Source: a virus
Taxonomy: Duplodnaviria; Heunggongvirae; Uroviricota; Caudoviricetes
Length of the DNA stretch: 4,601 bases
IMG/VR virus record: IMGVR_UViG_2545824644_000011
Span: 1 to 4,601 of that record
Strand: one strand, 5' to 3'
Positions 1-4,601 of this stretch are shown in pieces (positions within the stretch are counted from its first letter, which is position 1; every line of letters starts with the position of its first letter). The notes below the pieces were generated by a model. The model had not been told where the DNA came from, did not search any database, and saw only the letters and a program-made list of their open reading frames with translations. A program made the translations under genes and the position numbers.

Positions 1-289
<289 letters not shown>

Positions 290-710
290 GTCTCCGGCCA
301 ACGTGACGGTTTCCATCCTGTCCACTGAGGGCGACGGCACAGCAACGGAGGCGTTGCTTAATACCGTTCGCGCCGTTCTGAATGCAGAGGATACCCGCCC
401 GGTGGCCGACCGCCTGACCGTACAGAGTGCCAGAATCATGACATGGCGGCTGAATGCAAAACTGTACTTTTACCCCGGCCCGGAATCCGAACCTATTCTG
501 GCCGCGGCAGAATCGTCATTCAGGAAGTGGCTGGCTGAACAGGGGCTTATCGGTCAGGACGTGGCGTTGTCCGCCATTGCTGCCGCACTGCATGTGCACG
601 GTGTGCAACGCGTGGAGATAATCGAACCCACACAGAATATGGCCATCAGCGACATACAGGCAGCGCGCTGTGAGTCATTCACCATCAGTGAAGGTGGGCG
701 CAATGAGTAA
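290..710 (+). pseudogene. Baseplate assembly protein J-like (P2 gpJ family), C-terminal fragment of about 140 aa truncated at its 5' end by the IS insertion
   Basis: The translation ...VRAVLNAEDTRPVADRLTVQSARIMTWRLNAKLYFYPGPESEPILAAAE...LHVHGVQRVEIIEP... resembles the C-terminal half of P2 gpJ-type proteins, which are about 300 aa. The frame is closed by a stop at 285-287 inside the IS terminus, and the only available start is a GTG at 303. The stop TAA at 708-710 overlaps the next gene's start. Confidence 0.7.
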
Positions 711-1233
711 TTCACTGTTACCACCATCAGCCAGCAATTTCATGCGTTGTGCCGAAGCCGTCGGAACACGCATTACAGACATTCCGGTAGACCTCAACAC
801 GCTGTGGTCGCCGGACACCTGCCCGGTGCACCTGCTGCCTTATCTCGCCTGGGCGTTTTCCGTTGACCGCTGGGATCGCAACTGGCCGGAAGAGACAAAG
901 CGACAGGTGATTCGTGATGCATGGCTGATACACCGACACAAAGGGACCATCAGCGCACTGCGCAGGGCCATTGAGCCGCTGGGATACCTCATTCGCGTGT
1001 CTGAGTGGTGGGAGTTCGGCGGAGAACCGGGAACATTTACCGTTGAAGTCGGCACGCTGGACAGTGGCGTGACGGAGGAAATGTATCTGGAAATGGAGCG
1101 GTTGATTGCTGATGCCCGCCCGGTCAGCCGCCACATGACAGGGCTGAATATCATTCAGGAGATCCCGGGGGATATTTTCGCGGCGGCAGCAACTTACGAC
1201 GGTGAAGTCATTACCATTTATCCGGACGATTAA
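703..1233 (+). CDS. Phage tail/baseplate protein I (P2 gpI family), 176 aa
   Basis: ATG at 703 is preceded by AAGGTGGG (691-698) and overlaps the upstream stop. The translation MSNSLLPP...[71 protein letters not shown]...[15 protein letters not shown]... is closely similar to P2 gpI as recalled. The ORF track's start at 670 is probably an N-terminal over-extension. Confidence 0.85.
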   Translation: MSNSLLPPSASNFMRCAEAVGTRITDIPVDLNTLWSPDTCPVHLLPYLAWAFSVDRWDRNWPEETKRQVIRDAWLIHRHKGTISALRRAIEPLGYLIRVSEWWEFGGEPGTFTVEVGTLDSGVTEEMYLEMERLIADARPVSRHMTGLNIIQEIPGDIFAAAATYDGEVITIYPDD

Positions 1234-1235
1234 GC

Positions 1236-3251
1236 ATGAGTACCACAACACGAAAATTTAAAACCATTATCACTGATACTGGTGCCAAAAAATTAGCTCA
1301 GGCTGCCGCGCCAGATGGTAATCCTGTCCGCCTGACTCATATGGCCGTGGGCGACGGTGGCGGCACGTTGCCCACACCAGACAGTAAGCAGACCCGTCTG
1401 GTGCATGAGGTGTGGCGACATACTGTTAATCGCGTCATCCTGGACGCAACACATCAGAACCGCATTATTGCGGAGCTGGTTATTCCTCCTGAAACGGGCG
1501 GATTCTGGATCCGGGAAATTGGTGTATTTGATGAGCACGGCGATTTGATCGCGGTGGGCAATACTGCCGAAAGTTACAAACCAACCGTTGCCGAAGGATC
1601 CGGACGTGCACAAACATTTCGCACCATTCTGACCGTATCCAGCACTGCCACCGTGGCGCTTACCGTGGATAACACCATGGTGATGGCCACAGTGGATTAC
1701 GTGGATGACAAACTGAAAGAGCATGAACAGTCACGACGTCACCCGGACGCCTCGCTGACCGCAAAAGGCTTTGTTCAACTCAGTAGCGCCACTAACAGCG
1801 TGTCTGAAACGCAGGCTGCAACGCCGAAAGCAGTAAAGGCCGCGTATGACCTTGCTAACGGGAAATATACTGCGCAGGATGCCACCACAGCGCGGAAAGG
1901 CCTTGTCCAGCTCAGTAGCGCCACCAACAGCACGTCTGAAGCACTGGCCGCAACACCGAAAGCGGTAAAGACAGCATATGACCTTGCTAACGGGAAATAT
2001 ACCGCTCAGGACGCTACGACAGCACAAAAAGGGATTGTCCAGCTAAGCAGCGCGACTAACAGCACATCTGAAACGCTTGCCGCGACACCGAAAGCAGTGA
2101 AAGCAGCTAATGACAATGCGAATGGTCGGGTACCTTCTGCCCGTAAGGTGAATGGTAAGGCGCTTTCAGCGGATATTACACTGACGCCGAAAGATATTGG
2201 TACGCTTAACTCAACAACTATGTCATTCAGCGGTGGTGCTGGTTGGTTCAAATTAGCAACGGTAACCATGCCGCAGGCGAGTTCTGTTGTTTCAATTACG
2301 TTGATTGGTGGCGCGGGATTTAACGTGGAGTCACCTCAACAGGCAGGTATATCTGAACTTGTTCTTCGTGCGGGAAATGGAAATCCAAAAGGTCTTACTG
2401 GTGCGTTATGGCGACGGACATCGGTTGGATTTACTAATTTTGCATGGGTGAATACATCCGGTGATACCTATGATGTTTATGTTGAAATAGGTAATTACGC
2501 CACAGGTGTTAATATTCAATGGGATTATACCAGTAACGCCAGCGTAACGATTCATACTTCACCAGCATATTCTGCTAATAAGCCGGAAGGATTAACGGAC
2601 GGTTCTGTTTATTCGCTGTATATTTCGCCTCATGAACTTTATCCGGTTGGCGCACCGATCCCTTGGCCATCAGATACCGTTCCGTCTGGTTATGCCCTGA
2701 TGCAGGGGCAGACTTTTGACAAATCTGCATACCCGAAACTTGCAGCCGCTTATCCGTCAGGCGTGATCCCTGATATGCGTAGCTGGACGATTAAGGGCAA
2801 GCCCGCCAGTGGTCGTGCAGTATTGTCTCAGGAACAGGACGGCATTAAATCGCACACCCACAGCGCCAGTGCATCCAGTACGGATTTGGGGACGAAAACC
2901 ACATCGTCGTTTGATTACGGTACCAAGACGTCCAGTTCATTTAACCATGGCACTAAAACCACGAATAGCGCCGGGGATCATTCACACAATATTCCTGTTG
3001 GCAACACTGGTGCTGGTAATGGTGTTTCGGCTGGTTATAACTCAGGGCTTGGCACTGGAAAAACAAGTAACGCAGGGGGGCACTCTCACACAGTAAATAT
3101 TGGCGCACACACTCATACGGTAGGAATTGGCGCACACACACACTCCGTTGCGATAGGTTCACACGGGCATACCATCACCGTTAACGCTACGGGTAACGCA
3201 GAAAACACCGTAAAAAACATCGCATTTAACTATATTGTGAGGCTTGCATGA
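1236..3251 (+). CDS. Tail fibre protein, 671 aa, mosaic: P2 gpH-like N-terminal domain, three tandem 44-aa repeats, divergent central domain, lambda Stf-like C-terminal tip with His-x-His motifs
   Basis: ATG at 1236 lies 2 nt after the gpI stop. The N-terminus (...[27 protein letters not shown]...[48 protein letters not shown]...) is gpH-like. The C-terminus (...[74 protein letters not shown]...[31 protein letters not shown]) matches the lambda side tail fibre terminus. Confidence 0.9.
   Translation: MSTTTRKFKTIITDTGAKKLAQAAAPDGNPVRLTHMAVGDGGGTLPTPDSKQTRLVHEVWRHTVNRVILDATHQNRIIAELVIPPETGGFWIREIGVFDEHGDLIAVGNTAESYKPTVAEGSGRAQTFRTILTVSSTATVALTVDNTMVMATVDYVDDKLKEHEQSRRHPDASLTAKGFVQLSSATNSVSETQAATPKAVKAAYDLANGKYTAQDATTARKGLVQLSSATNSTSEALAATPKAVKTAYDLANGKYTAQDATTAQKGIVQLSSATNSTSETLAATPKAVKAANDNANGRVPSARKVNGKALSADITLTPKDIGTLNSTTMSFSGGAGWFKLATVTMPQASSVVSITLIGGAGFNVESPQQAGISELVLRAGNGNPKGLTGALWRRTSVGFTNFAWVNTSGDTYDVYVEIGNYATGVNIQWDYTSNASVTIHTSPAYSANKPEGLTDGSVYSLYISPHELYPVGAPIPWPSDTVPSGYALMQGQTFDKSAYPKLAAAYPSGVIPDMRSWTIKGKPASGRAVLSQEQDGIKSHTHSASASSTDLGTKTTSSFDYGTKTSSSFNHGTKTTNSAGDHSHNIPVGNTGAGNGVSAGYNSGLGTGKTSNAGGHSHTVNIGAHTHTVGIGAHTHSVAIGSHGHTITVNATGNAENTVKNIAFNYIVRLA
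1764..2132 (+). repeat. In-frame tandem repeat inside the tail-fibre gene: three units of 132 bp (44 aa), starting at 1764, 1896 and 2028; the third unit is partial and degenerate
   Basis: The units encode KG[F/L/I]VQLSSATNS[V/T]SE[T/A][Q/L]AATPKAVK[A/T][17 protein letters not shown][R/Q]. Amino-acid identity between units is high, while the DNA differs at many synonymous positions. Confidence 0.85.
3075..3180 (+). other. His-x-His motif array in the tail-fibre tip ([36 protein letters not shown]), presumed metal-coordinating
   Basis: The translation of 3075..3180 shows four consecutive HxH units at a period of about 9-10 aa. Similar HxH repeats occur in tail-fibre distal domains (T4 gp37 and lambda Stf family). 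At DNA level an imperfect direct repeat of about 27 bp, ...TTGGCGCACACAC..., lies at about 3099-3147. Confidence 0.7.
3238..3242 (+). promoter_or_regulatory. Shine-Dalgarno-like element (TGAGG) for the macrodomain ORF, embedded in the 3' end of the tail-fibre gene
   Basis: TGAGG at 3238-3242 lies 5 nt upstream of ATG 3248. The ATG overlaps the tail-fibre stop TGA (3249-3251), giving an ATGA coupling arrangement. Confidence 0.5.
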
Positions 3252-4150
3252 TTACGCTCATTCTTTCTGCACCAGTAACAGAAATGGCTGAAGCATTTAA
3301 GCAGGTATTTGCAAATGCAGATAGTGTGAATATTGTCGGAAAGCCATTTGAAACAATCAGAGAATTTGACTGCATGGTAAGTGCGGCAAATAGTTTCGGC
3401 CTGATGGATGGTGGCGTTGATGCCGCCATTACCGCATTCTTCGGTACTCAGTTACAGTCCCGCGTTCAGAATCATATTCTTCGTGAATATCTCGGCGAAC
3501 AGCCTGTAGGTTCTGCATTTGTCATTGAAACGGGGCATAATCATCACCCCTGGCTGGTACATGCGCCAACAATGCGTGTTCCGTTGACAATTGACGGAAC
3601 AGACGCTGTATATAACGCAACCTGGGCCGCTCTGCTTGCCATCTTTCAGCACAATAAAAACGCAACGACAGACATGAAAATAAAAACAGTGGTATTCCCT
3701 GCAATGGGGGCCGGATGTGGTCAGGTGCCGTTTGAAAGTGTTGCCCGACAGATGAAGCAGGCATGGGATAACTTTAATAAAAAAACAGAATCAATTAACT
3801 GGGAATACGCACAATCTCGCCAGTCGGCAGTATTTGGCACATATGCATACTGTCCGGGTAATTCCGTTTGCCGTTATGCGGATACTAAATATATTGGATG
3901 CGGCGATTATCGGACGTGTTGCTCTCGTTCCGGGCAAGTCTGTATTAACCCTGAACATCAGGCTGATGATGTACTGATACAACATCAGGCTAATAACCGT
4001 TTTCGCCATGGTTCGCATATACACCGGATTAATCCAGAAAATCCCGTAGGTAATGTCACCTCTGGCGCACATAGCCACGGAAGTAGCATCGTTATTGGTA
4101 CTCCTACCCATACGCTCAATAAACAATATTCTGTCTCTGATATTAAGTAG
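3248..4150 (+). CDS. Macrodomain-containing protein, 300 aa: N-terminal macro (ADP-ribose binding/processing) domain of about 180 aa plus a C-terminal extension of about 120 aa carrying a 6-Cys cluster and His-x-His fibre-tip-like motifs
   Basis: The single long ORF starts by overlapping the tail-fibre stop. Residues 43-61 (nt 3374-3430), [19 protein letters not shown], match the macrodomain signature (V/I)NAAN-x-L-x-GGGV-x-x-AI. Residues 148-161 (nt 3689-3730), [14 protein letters not shown], match the second signature (IAFPAISTGVYG-like). The C-terminal part has C202, C208, C218, C224, C225 and C232, then [36 protein letters not shown]. Confidence 0.7.
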   Translation: MITLILSAPVTEMAEAFKQVFANADSVNIVGKPFETIREFDCMVSAANSFGLMDGGVDAAITAFFGTQLQSRVQNHILREYLGEQPVGSAFVIETGHNHHPWLVHAPTMRVPLTIDGTDAVYNATWAALLAIFQHNKNATTDMKIKTVVFPAMGAGCGQVPFESVARQMKQAWDNFNKKTESINWEYAQSRQSAVFGTYAYCPGNSVCRYADTKYIGCGDYRTCCSRSGQVCINPEHQADDVLIQHQANNRFRHGSHIHRINPENPVGNVTSGAHSHGSSIVIGTPTHTLNKQYSVSDIK

Positions 4151-4156
4151 AGGTGA
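4150..4156 (+). promoter_or_regulatory. Shine-Dalgarno element (GAGGTGA) for tfa
   Basis: GAGGTGA at 4150-4156 lies immediately upstream of ATG 4159 and overlaps the last base of the macrodomain ORF stop codon. Confidence 0.6.
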
Positions 4157-4158
4157 AC

Positions 4159-4601
4159 ATGGATTTCAGAATGAGTGAACAATCACGGACCATAAAAATT
4201 TATAACCTGCTGGCCGGAACTAATGAATTTATTGGGGAAGGTGATGCATACATTCCACCTCATACAGGTCTGCCTGCAAACAGTACCGATATTGCACCAC
4301 CAGATATTCCGGCTGGCTTCGTGGCTGTTTTCAACAGTGATGAGGCATCGTGGCATCTCGTTGAAGACCATCGGGGTAAAACTGTTTATGACGTGGCATC
4401 AGGGGACGCGTTATTTATTTCTGAACTCGGTCCGTTACCGGAAAATGTTACCTGGTTGTCGCCGGATGGAGAGTGTCAGAAGTGGAACGGCACATCCTGG
4501 GTGAAAGATGCAGAAGCAGAAAAACTGTTTCGGGTAAGGGAGGCAGAAGAAACAAAAAACAGCCTGATGCAGGTAGCCAGTGAGCATATTGCGCCACTTC
4601 A
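4159..4601 (+). CDS. tfa: Tail fibre assembly protein (lambda Tfa family), 3'-partial, runs off the window end
   Basis: Hand translation from ATG 4159 gives [147 protein letters not shown] with no stop before the window end. This is nearly identical to lambda Tfa as I recall it. It is missing from the ORF track because it has no stop inside the window. Confidence 0.9.
   Translation, partial: MDFRMSEQSRTIKIYNLLAGTNEFIGEGDAYIPPHTGLPANSTDIAPPDIPAGFVAVFNSDEASWHLVEDHRGKTVYDVASGDALFISELGPLPENVTWLSPDGECQKWNGTSWVKDAEAEKLFRVREAEETKNSLMQVASEHIAPL

Noticed and set aside
727-1251. Minus-strand ORFs of 174 aa (727..1251) and 104 aa (840..1154) antisense to the gpI-like gene
   Set aside because: They lie wholly inside a plus-strand gene with strong family-level similarity to P2 gpI. 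Their translations are Arg/Cys/Pro-rich with no recognisable motifs, as expected for antisense frames.
1764-2132. Possibility that the regular repeats represent a CRISPR array or a non-coding satellite
   Set aside because: The repeats are 132 bp with no intervening unique spacers, are in frame within a long ORF, and conserve the protein sequence more than the DNA. This is a coding tandem repeat.
1293-2269. Minus-strand ORFs (1293..1724, 1731..2027, 2006..2269) and the plus-strand out-of-frame ORF 1357..1548 inside the tail-fibre gene
   Set aside because: They overlap the well-supported fibre reading frame. The 1731..2027 ORF simply mirrors the tandem repeat (its own translation is internally repetitive), an artefact of the repeat rather than a gene.
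2809-3162. Plus-strand ORF 2809..3096 (95 aa) and minus-strand ORF 2953..3162 (69 aa) over the fibre tip
   Set aside because: They are alternative frames of the His/Gly-rich tip-coding region. The in-frame fibre translation matches the lambda Stf terminus and carries the HxH motifs.
3248-4150. The 300-aa ORF as an artefactual fusion of two genes, or starting at the internal Met13 (nt 3284)
   Set aside because: Not excluded, but the frame is continuous with no stop. ATG 3248 has a suitably spaced TGAGG and the typical ATGA overlap with the upstream stop, whereas Met13 has no Shine-Dalgarno-like sequence. Kept as a single CDS with the caveat recorded in the findings.
3226-4182. Minus-strand ORFs 3226..3429, 3452..3652, 3522..3764, 3791..4126 and 3985..4182 opposite the macrodomain ORF
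   Set aside because: All are short, overlap each other and the plus-strand ORF, and show no motifs. The plus-strand frame carries both macrodomain signatures and is translationally coupled to its neighbours.
3000-4200. Invertible host-range segment (Mu G / P1 C / e14 P-type) with crossover sites and an invertase
   Set aside because: I found no inverted copy of the fibre 3' end, no inverted tfa-like gene and no recombinase gene in the window. All genes are co-directional.
4183-4504. ORFs 4223..4504 (+, 93 aa) and 4183..4371 (-, 62 aa)
   Set aside because: Both lie inside the tfa reading frame (frame of ATG 4159), which gives a near-lambda Tfa translation with no stop to the window end. These are off-frame artefacts.

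Overview
This window is a prophage tail-fibre module, all on the + strand, interrupted at its 5' end by an IS21-family insertion sequence. Order: 3' end of an IS21-family istB (2..223) and the IS right terminal repeat region (to about 289); a C-terminal fragment of a P2 gpJ-like baseplate gene truncated by the IS (about 290..710); a P2 gpI-like tail/baseplate protein (703..1233); a 671-aa mosaic tail fibre (1236..3251) with a P2 gpH-like N-terminus, three tandem 132-bp repeats and a lambda Stf-like His-x-His tip; a 300-aa ORF (3248..4150) with an N-terminal macrodomain (ADP-ribose binding/hydrolase fold) and a Cys/His-rich C-terminal extension; and the start of a lambda Tfa-like tail fibre assembly chaperone (4159..window end). 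The most notable point is that the macrodomain gene sits exactly between the tail-fibre gene and its chaperone, where lambda-type modules normally have stf directly followed by tfa. It is translationally coupled to the late tail genes. It is a candidate ADP-ribosylation-reversing anti-defence factor or fibre-associated enzyme. All homology statements rest on reading the translations and on recalled family sequences; no searches were run.
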